64,000 bases of DNA from assembly GCA_018396995.1 (NCBI GenBank), contig JAGTQB010000002.1, forward strand, positions 71,495 through 135,494. The letters are read 5' to 3'. Made by a program: the position numbers and the translations under genes. Source of the DNA: Candidatus Bathyarchaeota archaeon. Its GTDB lineage: Archaea > Thermoproteota > Bathyarchaeia > Bathyarchaeales > DTEX01. The notes under the pieces are model-generated. The model searched no databases, was not told where the DNA came from, and was given only the letters and a program-made list of their open reading frames with translations. Below, piece by piece: positions 46,664 through 56,108 of this stretch (position 1 is its first letter; each line of letters starts with the position of its first letter).

Positions 46664-47587
46664 ATGGTTAAGCTTCACGAGTTATCAACTGAGGAGTTAT
46701 TCACGTCCGGCCATAGGTTATGCGCTGGATGCGCGGCTGGAACAATAATGAGGATGACTATGAAAGCTCTACGGAGACCGACAATAGTTGTAAATGCCAC
46801 TGGATGCGTCGAGGTCTCCTCAACGCCATACCCATACACTTCGTGGAAGGTCTCATATGTACACGTGGCCTTCGAGAATACGGCTGCAGTGGCGGCTGGA
46901 ATAGAGGCTGCATACAAGGTCCTTAAACGTAAGGGTCTCTATGATAAAGACGTCGATATAATTGCGATAGCCGGAGATGGAGGGACATTTGATATTGGTC
47001 TCCAAGCTCTCTCTGGGGCTCTTGAGAGGATGCATGATTTTCTATTTATATGCTATGATAATGAGGCCTATATGAATACTGGCATACAGAGGTCCGGTGC
47101 AACCCCGCATGGCGCCGCCACCACAACGAGCCCTGCTGGGAGGAAGATTCCAGGTAAGCCAGAATTTAAGAAGGATTTAATTGGCATATGTGTCGCTCAT
47201 GGGATAGAGTATGCTGCGACAGCCTCTCCAGCATACTGGAACGATTATATAACGAAGGTTATGAAGGGGCTTGAGGTTAATGGGCCGGCCGTTATACATG
47301 TCTTCTCTCCATGCCCAACAGGGATGAGGTTTGATCCATCGAAGAGCATAGAGGTTGCAAGGCTAGCTGTTCAGACAAGGTACTGGCCTGTATACGAATA
47401 TGAGGGAGGGACATATAGGCTTAACATAAAGGTTCCACAACCTAAACCATTAATAGACTTCCTGAAGATGCAGGGAAGATTTGCGCATTTATTCCAGCCA
47501 AGCTTCCAACGTGAACTTGAAGCCTTGCAGAAATGGGTTGAGGAAAACTGGAGGAGAATAACCATACTCTGCGGCGAGAAGACTTAA
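46664..47587 (+). CDS. porB: 2-oxoacid:ferredoxin oxidoreductase beta subunit (TPP-binding)
   Basis: CAGCAAGT...GDGGTFDIGLQALSGA...YDNEAYMNTGIQ. Confidence 0.9.
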   Translation: MVKLHELSTEELFTSGHRLCAGCAAGTIMRMTMKALRRPTIVVNATGCVEVSSTPYPYTSWKVSYVHVAFENTAAVAAGIEAAYKVLKRKGLYDKDVDIIAIAGDGGTFDIGLQALSGALERMHDFLFICYDNEAYMNTGIQRSGATPHGAATTTSPAGRKIPGKPEFKKDLIGICVAHGIEYAATASPAYWNDYITKVMKGLEVNGPAVIHVFSPCPTGMRFDPSKSIEVARLAVQTRYWPVYEYEGGTYRLNIKVPQPKPLIDFLKMQGRFAHLFQPSFQRELEALQKWVEENWRRITILCGEKT

Positions 47588-48987
47588 TCTCCAATATCCT
47601 TATTTCTTCTTAAAAGTCTTTTAATAAGACTTCCCCTCAAACTTTTTCTTGACAGGAGGCTTTGCGATGTCTCAGTAGCCTTTCTCATAACTTCATGCTC
47701 GTCCACAGTCTCTATTAAACGTCCTCTCATCACAACCTTTCCATCAATTATAACGGTGTCAACATCACTACCACGAGCCGAATAGACAAGAGCTGCATAA
47801 ATGTCATGTAAGGGGGTTAAATGTGGCTTATTAACGTCAATCAATATTATATCTGCTCTCTTACCCACCTCGATAGAGCCAATAAAATGATCTAAGCCGA
47901 GAACCCTGGCGCCATCAATTGTCGCCATCTCAACGACCTTTTTAGCTGGCAAAACACGAGGATCCCTATATAACGCCTTTTGGAGCAACGCGGCAACTTT
48001 CATAGTTTCAAACATGTCTAAGCAATTATTACTGGCTGGGCCATCTGTTCCAAGACCAACAGTTAAGCCCGCATCAAGAAGATCCTTTACCCGCGGGATA
48101 CCTGAGGAGAGTTTCATATTGGATATGGGGTTATAGACTACTTTAACACCTTTTTTAGCCATGAGGGATACATCGTGATTCGAGAGGTGAATGCAGTGCG
48201 CGGCAACTAAATTTGGTCTCAAGAGGCCAACCTCGTCCAGGAGCTCCACCTCACTTTTCCCATAGATCCTCCTAATATTGATAGACTCGCTCTCCGACTC
48301 CGCTAAATGTATATGCACTCCAATGTTTAGTCTCGCCGCTTCCTCACCTATCATCCTAAGAAGATCTGGGCTGCACGTGTAGACTGCATGCGGCCCAAGC
48401 ATAGCGTGTATTCTACCACTCCCCTTACCATGATACTTCTTAACAAATTTTAAGGCCCTTCTGAGAAGAATGCTTCCAAGCATTTTATGCCCAGCATCAA
48501 ATATTCCGGGAGCTAAAACACAGCGCATTCCACTTTCCTCAGCAGCCCTTGCAACTATATCCTCATAAAAATACATGTCTAGTAGACATGTTGTTCCACT
48601 CTTAATCATCTCAACGAAGCCCAGCAACGCGCCATAGTACACGTCGCTTGGCTTAAGTTTAGATTCGAGAGGCCATATCGTCTCCCTGAGCCACGTACTT
48701 AACTCCTTATCCTCAGCCACCCCTCTGAAAAGGGTCATCGCTATATGGGTGTGACAGTTAATTAAGCCTGGCATGGCTATCTTTCCCCGCCCATCTATTA
48801 TTTCATCAGACTCGAAACTCGGCGCCTCACTCTCCCCTCCAACATAAAGTATCTTCCCATCTCTTATTGCAATGATCCCACGCTCTATTATGCCGGCCCT
48901 GCCCATCGTGAGGACCGCGCAGCCGCTTACAATTATATCCGCCCTCATTATACCAGGCCCAGCAAAAATTATAGTTAGAGCTCTCAT
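47584..48987 (-). CDS. amidohydrolase, MtaD-like (methylthioadenosine/SAH deaminase family)
   Basis: PGLINCHTHIAMTLFRG metal-binding HxH, HLAES and GTDG motifs. Confidence 0.75.
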   Translation of the reverse strand: MRALTIIFAGPGIMRADIIVSGCAVLTMGRAGIIERGIIAIRDGKILYVGGESEAPSFESDEIIDGRGKIAMPGLINCHTHIAMTLFRGVAEDKELSTWLRETIWPLESKLKPSDVYYGALLGFVEMIKSGTTCLLDMYFYEDIVARAAEESGMRCVLAPGIFDAGHKMLGSILLRRALKFVKKYHGKGSGRIHAMLGPHAVYTCSPDLLRMIGEEAARLNIGVHIHLAESESESINIRRIYGKSEVELLDEVGLLRPNLVAAHCIHLSNHDVSLMAKKGVKVVYNPISNMKLSSGIPRVKDLLDAGLTVGLGTDGPASNNCLDMFETMKVAALLQKALYRDPRVLPAKKVVEMATIDGARVLGLDHFIGSIEVGKRADIILIDVNKPHLTPLHDIYAALVYSARGSDVDTVIIDGKVVMRGRLIETVDEHEVMRKATETSQSLLSRKSLRGSLIKRLLRRNKDIGD

Positions 48988-48993
48988 TCTATA

Positions 48994-50019
48994 TCAATAT
49001 GCTTTTCCCTCTCCCACTAGATTATTTAATGCCACGAGTATGTCTGCAGCCACATTAACATCTTTAATTCTAACTCGTTCCCATTTCGTATGGCATGCAT
49101 ATAGCTCTCCGGGCCCGAAGATGGCGGTGTCGCAGCCAGCAATCTCATGTAAGTTAACGGCATCCGTCCATGAGGGCATCTCAGTGTACTCAACTCTATA
49201 TCCAATTGACCGCATGGCATCCTCAAGGATTTTAGGCGCCCTACTACTTATGAAACCATTATAGGCGTCGATAACAGTAAGGTTGATGTTGCTAGAGCAT
49301 AAAATTTCCCTGACTTTTGATAAAATGTTTGTGGCTGTTAAGTGTGGCTTGAATAGTATCTCTATGCGGGCTTCACATTTATCTGGTATAACAAAGTCGT
49401 CTGGGTCACCTCCTCGAATATATTGTACTGAAACCTTGGCACCATTAATACCCTTGAGTCTTCTCATCGCTTCTATACACCCTTCTATCGCGTTCTCGCC
49501 TATCTCCGGGTAAGCGCCATGCGCCCCCCTCCCCCTAACTTCAACCTTTAATTCAAGCCCGCCATACTGCACGTTTGCTATTGCCATGTTGGTTGGCTCC
49601 ATAACAACCGCCATCTTCGGCTTATATATCCTACAGAATTCTTTTGAGCCGCTACCATTGCCCTCCTCATCACTAAAGAACACAACTCCAAAGTTGAGTC
49701 TCTCGGGGCTAATCCTTTCTAGTGCCAAGAGAATGGCCGCTATACTAGCCTTAGCATCCGAGACTCCAGTTCCATACGCGTATTCACCATCAAACGAGAA
49801 AACGGACAAGATTTTAAAGGTGTCTATGTGAGAGGCGACAATAAAATCTCTCTCCGGTGAGATAAGAACATTTAATCCCTCCATAAAGGCATTATATCTC
49901 AGTTTTTGTAAATAGGTTAGAAGAAAGGATGCTAGTTTCTCCTCCCTTCCAGAGGGGGATTCAATACCCACCAGCTTTTCAAGAAGGGATAAGGTGTCCA
50001 TCGAGAAGTTTTTAAACAT
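48994..50019 (-). CDS. M20-family metallopeptidase (ArgE/DapE/LysK-like deacylase)
   Basis: VASHIDT..., GTGVSDAKAS and FSDEEGNGSG metal-ligand blocks. Confidence 0.7.
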   Translation of the reverse strand: MFKNFSMDTLSLLEKLVGIESPSGREEKLASFLLTYLQKLRYNAFMEGLNVLISPERDFIVASHIDTFKILSVFSFDGEYAYGTGVSDAKASIAAILLALERISPERLNFGVVFFSDEEGNGSGSKEFCRIYKPKMAVVMEPTNMAIANVQYGGLELKVEVRGRGAHGAYPEIGENAIEGCIEAMRRLKGINGAKVSVQYIRGGDPDDFVIPDKCEARIEILFKPHLTATNILSKVREILCSSNINLTVIDAYNGFISSRAPKILEDAMRSIGYRVEYTEMPSWTDAVNLHEIAGCDTAIFGPGELYACHTKWERVRIKDVNVAADILVALNNLVGEGKAY

Positions 50020-50059
50020 GAAGAGAATAAATAAATATTGTTGTGCGCGTGCGTATTGA

Positions 50060-50515
50060 ATGCGTATCCGTAGAGTTAAGATAGAGGACCTTCAACCCTT
50101 CATCAAGCTCTATAAGCTCTCGTATAAGGGGCTTGAAGAGTACGCTTATGCCAAAGATGGAGACATAAAAGATTATTTTAGATGGCTCCTTAAAAGGGAT
50201 CCGGAAGGCTTCTTCGTGGTGGAGTTAAGTAGCCCAGTAGCTTTTGTAGCATGTGACACTAATTGGTTCAGTTCCTTTGAAGGCAGCTTTTTAGGCGAAG
50301 TTCACGAAATATTTGTTCATCCAGAATATAGAGGAAGGGGTATCGGAAGCATTCTACTTGATAAGGCGGCGGAATACGCCAAGGAGAGAGGGAGAAAGCT
50401 TATGGGTCTGTGGGTCGGTGTAAAGAACTTCTTGGCAAAGGAGTTTTATAAGAAGAGGGGCTTTATCGAAACAATATCCCTTGGAAAATGGACAAGAATG
50501 ATAAAAAGGATTTAA
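50060..50515 (+). CDS. GNAT-family N-acetyltransferase
   Basis: VHPEYRGRGIGSILLDKAAEYAKERG acetyl-CoA binding motif. Confidence 0.85.
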   Translation: MRIRRVKIEDLQPFIKLYKLSYKGLEEYAYAKDGDIKDYFRWLLKRDPEGFFVVELSSPVAFVACDTNWFSSFEGSFLGEVHEIFVHPEYRGRGIGSILLDKAAEYAKERGRKLMGLWVGVKNFLAKEFYKKRGFIETISLGKWTRMIKRI

Positions 50516-50620
50516 ATATTTTAAAGAAGGTATATTGCTTTTATTCCTAAACTTTTAAATACATCTCTCTGATACGTAGAATATTGAGGTATATTAGGAA
50601 GAGGGGTTAAGGTAGAAGTA

Positions 50621-50929
50621 ATGGCGAATATATGCCCCATTTGTGGGCTTCCCGAGGATATATGCGTTTGTGGAGAAATAAGTAAAGAACAGCAGAAAAT
50701 TAGGATAAGGTTAGAAACTAGGAAGTTTAAGAGGATGATGACTTTAATTGAAGGATTAGACGTTAAGGATATTGATTTAGGTAGGCTTGCGCAGAAGATG
50801 AAGGCCTTCTGCGCCTGTGGTGGTACAGCTAAAAATGGACAAATAATGCTGCAGGGCGATCAAAGAGAGAAGGCTTATCGATTCTTGATTCAGATGGGTT
50901 ACCCCAAGGATAATATCGAAGTACAATAG
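50621..50929 (+). CDS. sui1: translation initiation factor aSUI1 (eIF1)
   Basis: CPICGLPEDICVC Zn knuckle plus the SUI1 core (MTLIEGLD...CACGGTAKNGQIMLQGDQR). Confidence 0.9.
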   Translation: MANICPICGLPEDICVCGEISKEQQKIRIRLETRKFKRMMTLIEGLDVKDIDLGRLAQKMKAFCACGGTAKNGQIMLQGDQREKAYRFLIQMGYPKDNIEVQ

Positions 50930-51024
50930 GCTGCGGATAAAGGCGATTTAACCTTATAGCATCAATAGTATTGTTAAGACGAGAAATAAGAGGAGTTTAG
51001 CGCATCTCATGAGTTATACTGGGA

Positions 51025-51975
51025 TTAATCTGGTATCTCTAAATTTAATTGTCTTTTTAGGGTCTTATACCTATTCCTGACGGTGACTTCAGTGACATTG
51101 GCTGCATCCGCAATCTCTTTTTGCGTCCTTTTTTCTCCAGCTAGGGCGGCTGCTATATAGAGTGCAGCTGCAGCTAAACCAACCGGATCCTTACCAGCTG
51201 ATATACGCTTCTGTCTAGCCTCATTTAATATTTTAAGCGCCAGCGTTTGAATATGCCCTGCTATGTTCGCCCTTTCAGCTATCTTCGGTATGTAGATTGC
51301 TGGATCAGTCACCGGCATAGCTAGGCTAAGCTCTCGCAGCAGAAGCCTATAACATCTTGCAATGTCCTTCCTACCAACAAGACTCGCTTCAGATATCTCC
51401 TTAAGGTTTCTCGGAGTTCCAGAGAGTCTGCAGGCTGCGTAAAGCGCTGCTGCTGCAATAGCCGCTATAGATCTGCCCCTCACTAAGCCCTGTTCAAGGG
51501 CCTTACGATATATAACTGCAGCCCTCTCCTTAATAGCTGAGGGAATGGCAAGCTTATCTGAGAGCCTATCGATCTCCGTCATTGCCTGGGCAAGGTTTCT
51601 ATCAATTGATGACTGAACCCTCGACCTGATCTGCCACTTCCTCAATCGCCACATCTGTAGCCTAGAGCTTAACGGTAATTTCCTTCCTAGGGCATCTCGA
51701 TCAACCTTATCGATCGATGTTGAAAGGCCTTTATCATGTACTGAGAATGAGATTGGTATGCCGACACGGCTCCTACTTTTCTTCTCCTCCTGTGTGAAAG
51801 CTCTCCATTCTGGACCCTTATCCATAGTTGATTCCTGAACAACTAAACCACAATCACTACAAATAACTTCACCAGTATCAGGATCACTAACAAGGTTAGT
51901 GCTACCACACTCGGGACACCTATCAACTAATATTGTATGCGTGGGCCTCACCTCAACATCTTCCTCCTCACTCAT
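51025..51975 (-). CDS. tfb: transcription initiation factor B (TFB)
   Basis: Zn ribbon CPECGS...CSDCG, B-reader, and two cyclin repeats. Confidence 0.95.
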   Translation of the reverse strand: MSEEEDVEVRPTHTILVDRCPECGSTNLVSDPDTGEVICSDCGLVVQESTMDKGPEWRAFTQEEKKSRSRVGIPISFSVHDKGLSTSIDKVDRDALGRKLPLSSRLQMWRLRKWQIRSRVQSSIDRNLAQAMTEIDRLSDKLAIPSAIKERAAVIYRKALEQGLVRGRSIAAIAAAALYAACRLSGTPRNLKEISEASLVGRKDIARCYRLLLRELSLAMPVTDPAIYIPKIAERANIAGHIQTLALKILNEARQKRISAGKDPVGLAAAALYIAAALAGEKRTQKEIADAANVTEVTVRNRYKTLKRQLNLEIPD

Positions 51976-52042
51976 ACACTATCCTAACCTCCAAGACAGG
52001 AGTGAAAGTTATTCTCACAAAATCGATTCCTCATAAATTAGA

Positions 52043-52060
52043 CTGATCGGAATCGATCAG
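52043..52060. promoter_or_regulatory. perfect 7-bp palindrome CTGATCG-GAAT-CGATCAG in the tfb leader
   Basis: Read directly from the sequence. It overlaps a second 9-bp inverted repeat, ATCGATTCC (52022-30) / GGAATCGAT (52049-57). Confidence 0.5.
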
Positions 52061-52098
52061 TTCATTGATCCGTAAAGACCTTAAGGATGAGTTTATAT

Positions 52099-52112
52099 AT
52101 ATAAACTTTTCT
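52099..52112 (-). promoter_or_regulatory. BRE/TATA-like element (AGAAAAG-TTTATAT), proximal copy
   Basis: The minus strand reads AGAAAAGTTTATAT. An identical 14-mer lies at 52131..52144. Confidence 0.5.
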
Positions 52113-52130
52113 TTTTTTAAGTTCAGATTA

Positions 52131-52144
52131 ATATAAACTTTTCT
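52131..52144 (-). promoter_or_regulatory. BRE/TATA-like element, distal copy
   Basis: Exact 14-nt direct repeat of 52099..52112, 32 nt further upstream. Confidence 0.4.
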
Positions 52145-52192
52145 CTTCAATACTAGTCTATGGCGGTAGTCGGAAAGAAAGCATATTTTATC

Positions 52193-52897
52193 CTATTTTA
52201 TTTTAATTATTTTTGGTATCTTCCCAAATAATCCAACGTGACCCCTGTAGAATATTATGGTCCCCCTAACCCCCCTTATATCCTTAGCCCTCTCAATTCC
52301 CCTAAATATTGCTTTTTGGGCATTTTCGCCAATAATGGCATTACATACGGATGTTGCAGCTGCATCCGCTATCGACGCATTCTCCGCAATGACCGTGACC
52401 GAGTCCGCAACCCCAAAGCTTACTACTTTTTGACTAACCCTTCCGGTAGCTGTGGCTATGCCGAGTGGCGTATCCTCGCGTCTTACCAATAGGCCTATTT
52501 TTCCCGAAAGAATGTTTTCATTAGTTGAGATGGAGACCACTATTTCTTTACCAGAAGTGTAAGCTGCTATCTCACCGCCATTTTCAACGATAGCTATCTC
52601 AGCACCACTCTCAAGCAGCTTCTTAAGACCTAAATCTGCTATGGCGCCGGCAACCGAAGCCATTGGCCCAACACCAGCCGCTCTAGAAGCCTCTGCCATC
52701 AACCTGACGATTAATGGTGCGTCTTGGTCCACGCTAAGAGGTTTGAGAGAGTACTGGAATAGCGGATTTCTCTCAATATATTCCCATAATGCCTTAATAT
52801 GATACTCTATTTCTTTAACTGTCTCCGCTATGGCCTCAGCCTTATCAGTCTTTATATGTATCTTTGAGGGGCCTATTGTTAAGCCGTACTCGTACAC
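52193..52897 (-). CDS. UPF0280/COG2122 (ApbE-like) protein
   Basis: GVGPMASVAGAIADL...IVENGGEI...GIATATG pattern. Clusters with the COG1900 and NIL-ferredoxin genes. Confidence 0.65.
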   Translation of the reverse strand: MYEYGLTIGPSKIHIKTDKAEAIAETVKEIEYHIKALWEYIERNPLFQYSLKPLSVDQDAPLIVRLMAEASRAAGVGPMASVAGAIADLGLKKLLESGAEIAIVENGGEIAAYTSGKEIVVSISTNENILSGKIGLLVRREDTPLGIATATGRVSQKVVSFGVADSVTVIAENASIADAAATSVCNAIIGENAQKAIFRGIERAKDIRGVRGTIIFYRGHVGLFGKIPKIIKIK

Positions 52898-52908
52898 AAT
52901 TCTTGTCC

Positions 52909-53301
52909 TCAGGGAATGCTTATTGCCTTTAGGGGGCAGGCGTTAATGCAGGTTCTACATAGAACGCATTTCCCCTCATCATATTCTAGTGACCAATCCT
53001 CCTTAAATCTTAGTGCGTTAGTTGGGCATGATGATATACATGCGCCACAGGCTATACATCGCTCCCAATCTATTCTAAGTGTCTCGGAGATTTCATGAAT
53101 CTCTACACCTTCTTCCTTGAATAGGTTGAGTATCTCTTTAAGTTTGTTGTTAGTTGCTGGGATTGAAACTATGAGCTCTCCCTTCTGGGCGTTCACCTTA
53201 GCCTCAATAATATTTATTGGGACGCCAGTCCTCAGAACTATATTTGCTAATATTGGCTTACTCACAACCTCATGGGAATATATTAACCTTACCTTCGCCA
53301 T
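52909..53301 (-). CDS. NIL-domain / 2x[4Fe-4S] ferredoxin protein
   Basis: MAKVRLIYSHEVVSKPILANIV (NIL domain), then CIACGACISSCP and CVLCRTCINACP. The frame-maximal ORF extends to 53337. Confidence 0.75.
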   Translation of the reverse strand: MAKVRLIYSHEVVSKPILANIVLRTGVPINIIEAKVNAQKGELIVSIPATNNKLKEILNLFKEEGVEIHEISETLRIDWERCIACGACISSCPTNALRFKEDWSLEYDEGKCVLCRTCINACPLKAISIP

Positions 53302-54823
53302 ACACTCTACCCCCAACAACTTTCCCCGATATATCATCAGTTGTTATTATCCCTATAACGCGTTTCATTTTATCTACCACTGGGACTCCTGAGATATTAT
53401 GCTGAGCCATCCTCCTAGCAACGATATCTATAGGCTCATTCTCAAGTGCTGTTACAACCTCCCTAGTCATTACCTCTTCAACCCTCATCTTATTGTAGGC
53501 TATTGCCCTTGCTAAGTCCCAAGATGTCACGATGCCAATTAGTCTACCTTCATCGTCAACTATTGGTAGGTGGTCTATACCCTTCTTGACTAGTGTTATG
53601 GCAGCTTCCCTTATATCCTCATCTGGTTTGGCTGTGATAACATCGCGTCTCATTATATCCCCGACAGTGAGTTCTCTACCTTTAACCTTAAGGGGCTTAA
53701 GCTCCCCCCTCTTTGGAAGCAGCTCGAGAGGCTCCGTCAGAAAGAATATTCCCTCTAGGATCCACTTCTTAAGTGTCTCAGCTATTTCCCTAGCCATTTT
53801 ATAGCTTGAGAGTGGAGATGATGGGACGCTTTTATCGCCAAAATAAACTTTCCCAGAGCGGAGCTCCGCATATGAGACCCGCTTAACTACTGGCCTAAGG
53901 TCTGGTCTAACTGGGACTGCATAGTCACGTATATTCACGAAGATTTCATCGTCCCTAAGGGCAGTTGTCTTAGCAACCCTCATATTTATTATTGGTATCG
54001 GCACTCCTACACCAACGTAGAGTGTGGTTCCGTACCTATAAAATGATGCGCCGCGCAAGTATCTACTATTCATTTTTTTCAGGTCTCCCATAACCATGAG
54101 TGTGCCGTAGCCGGTTTCTGGGCTGTGTTGCGTGCCCGCACCGATTATATATCCTATACCGCCTCCGAGAAATATCCTCGTTCCGAGGCCAATGGTCTCA
54201 TAATATGGATCCTTGCAGAGGGGGTTCAGCTGACCAGCACCAGAGAATGTTACGTTTCCATAGTGGGGTAGTAGTGTACCCATATAAGTGTATAAAATTC
54301 TATCTGAGCTATTTGTTGCGGCATCATACTTTTGGTAGCAGTTTCTTGGGTTAACCAATATTGCCTGGTTTACGTCATCTAGAGTTATAGTTGTTTCAAT
54401 ATATTTTCTCGGGTAGCAATCGGTTCCATAAGACTCTGCCCTTAAGACAACCTCCTTACCGGATACAAGATCCTCTATAACGTGCCCTCCACCATACTCA
54501 AAGCCCCTGGTCTCACTCATGGCTGTTGCTCCGAGGTAGCCGTCAACCGCCGCGAGACCCTTATAAACTGGGACATCGTTAAGCCAACATCTAACCATTT
54601 TTATTGGGGGATTAGAGTGCCCGAAATTTAGGAAGACCCCCGAGCTACACATCGCGCCAAAGGTCCCTGTGGTTACGACATCAACCTCCCTAGCAGCCAC
54701 CTCAAGGCCACTACTTTCAACAAGTTTAATCATTTCTTCGGCGGTTAAGACTACAACATCGCCACGCTTTATTTTCTCATTTATTTCACTAATAGTGCGT
54801 AATTTCTCCGCTTCATCCATCAA
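53270..54823 (-). CDS. COG1900/DUF39 homocysteine-biosynthesis protein with C-terminal CBS pair
   Basis: VVVLTAEEM...DVVTTGTFGAMCSSG...GGGHVIEDL are DUF39 blocks. Two CBS motifs follow. Architecture matches M. jannaschii MJ0100. Confidence 0.8.
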   Translation of the reverse strand: MMDEAEKLRTISEINEKIKRGDVVVLTAEEMIKLVESSGLEVAAREVDVVTTGTFGAMCSSGVFLNFGHSNPPIKMVRCWLNDVPVYKGLAAVDGYLGATAMSETRGFEYGGGHVIEDLVSGKEVVLRAESYGTDCYPRKYIETTITLDDVNQAILVNPRNCYQKYDAATNSSDRILYTYMGTLLPHYGNVTFSGAGQLNPLCKDPYYETIGLGTRIFLGGGIGYIIGAGTQHSPETGYGTLMVMGDLKKMNSRYLRGASFYRYGTTLYVGVGVPIPIINMRVAKTTALRDDEIFVNIRDYAVPVRPDLRPVVKRVSYAELRSGKVYFGDKSVPSSPLSSYKMAREIAETLKKWILEGIFFLTEPLELLPKRGELKPLKVKGRELTVGDIMRRDVITAKPDEDIREAAITLVKKGIDHLPIVDDEGRLIGIVTSWDLARAIAYNKMRVEEVMTREVVTALENEPIDIVARRMAQHNISGVPVVDKMKRVIGIITTDDISGKVVGGRVYGEGKVNIFP

Positions 54824-54973
54824 GAATTTGCCTCCGGGATTACTTAGTGCTTAATACTATTCTTGCCTTCCATATATTCTTTTACATACTTATATGCAAA
54901 AATATTCATTAAAGTACGCCCTAAGGATGCTTAAGCCAAGGTTATATACTCCGTTTAAGAGCTTACTTAATAT

Positions 54974-55570
54974 ATGGAATTAAGCGTCTTCCTACCAGCG
55001 CTCACCAAGAGCGTCATTTCACTATTCATCATCGTTGATCCACTCGGCAATGTACCAATTTTCATAAGCTTAACCCACGGGATGGGGGTTTCGGAGAGGA
55101 GGAAAGTTTTTCGTACGGCGGCGGTAACAGGGTTTATTTTGCTTTTGGCATTTGCGATAGCCGGTAACACGATATTGGACATATTTGGAGTTGGACTACC
55201 AAGCTTTATGATTGCTGGCGGCATCCTCCTACTTATACTCGCCATAAAAATACTTGTAATAGGTTGGGAGAGGGAAGAGAAGATGAGCCCTGAGAGCATA
55301 GGGGCAGTGCCAATGGCTGTTCCGCTTCTTGTTGGCCCCGGAGCCATAACAACAACGATTCTTAGTCTACAGGAGTATGGAGTATTGGTGACAGTTTCTT
55401 CAGTTGTGATAGTGTTTACGCTCACATGGTTAATTCTCAGACACATTGAATTACTATACAAGATACTTGGGAAAAATGGATCTGCAATTATTGCTAGGGT
55501 TATGGCCCTCCTAATCGCGGCTATAGCAATCCAATATATCACAAATGGCCTCAGGGTCTTCTTTACGTAA
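54974..55570 (+). CDS. MarC-family (UPF0056) integral membrane protein
   Basis: LFIIVDPLGNVPIFISL signature, about 6 TM segments. Confidence 0.85.
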   Translation: MELSVFLPALTKSVISLFIIVDPLGNVPIFISLTHGMGVSERRKVFRTAAVTGFILLLAFAIAGNTILDIFGVGLPSFMIAGGILLLILAIKILVIGWEREEKMSPESIGAVPMAVPLLVGPGAITTTILSLQEYGVLVTVSSVVIVFTLTWLILRHIELLYKILGKNGSAIIARVMALLIAAIAIQYITNGLRVFFT

Positions 55571-55590
55571 GTTCAAAGGTTATTATATCA

Positions 55591-56049
55591 CTATATATCA
55601 AGGATAAATTTCATAGTAACCTCGCCCGGTCTCTCATCAATTTCCATTCTGTGGTAAGTCACAGCCTTTATCCCAACCTTCTGCTTATGCCTCTCCGGAT
55701 CGAATTGTTCACCATATATCTTGGCTTTAAGCCTTAACTTTCCATTGATCCTCTCTATGCTCAGCACATTAAATCCCGAGTATAACATATTTTCAATTTC
55801 AAATTTCACTAGAAGACTTTCAAGCCAATTGTAGAGTAGGGACTCCATGTCATCCCCCTCAACCTCAATGGTGTCCTCACACTCATGTTTAACATCCGTT
55901 GTATCAGTCATTGTCTCAAACATTGCGAAGGCTGCGTTCTCAAAAGCCTCCTTCAAGTTCTTACCGTAAGCGGCTATATAGACATCAGCAGTGTGCTCCA
56001 GAAAATCAAACCGCTTCTCCCCAGCCACCGCGGCCACCCACCAATACAT
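55591..56049 (-). CDS. archease (RtcB tRNA-ligase activator)
   Basis: FDFLEHTADVYIAAYGKNLKEAFENAA...VKAVTYHRMEI. Confidence 0.9.
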   Translation of the reverse strand: MYWWVAAVAGEKRFDFLEHTADVYIAAYGKNLKEAFENAAFAMFETMTDTTDVKHECEDTIEVEGDDMESLLYNWLESLLVKFEIENMLYSGFNVLSIERINGKLRLKAKIYGEQFDPERHKQKVGIKAVTYHRMEIDERPGEVTMKFILDI

Positions 56050-56108
56050 CTACCTAAACTATCATTAACTTAAATTAACACTAGAGATATTAAAGGACAT
56101 TTTGATAT

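Noticed and set aside
54967-55542. 191-aa minus-strand ORF fully antisense to the MarC gene
   Set aside because: The plus-strand product has the clear MarC/UPF0056 signature and TM pattern. The antisense frame is low-complexity (Ile/Ser/Thr/Ala-rich) with no motif, so it is a shadow ORF.
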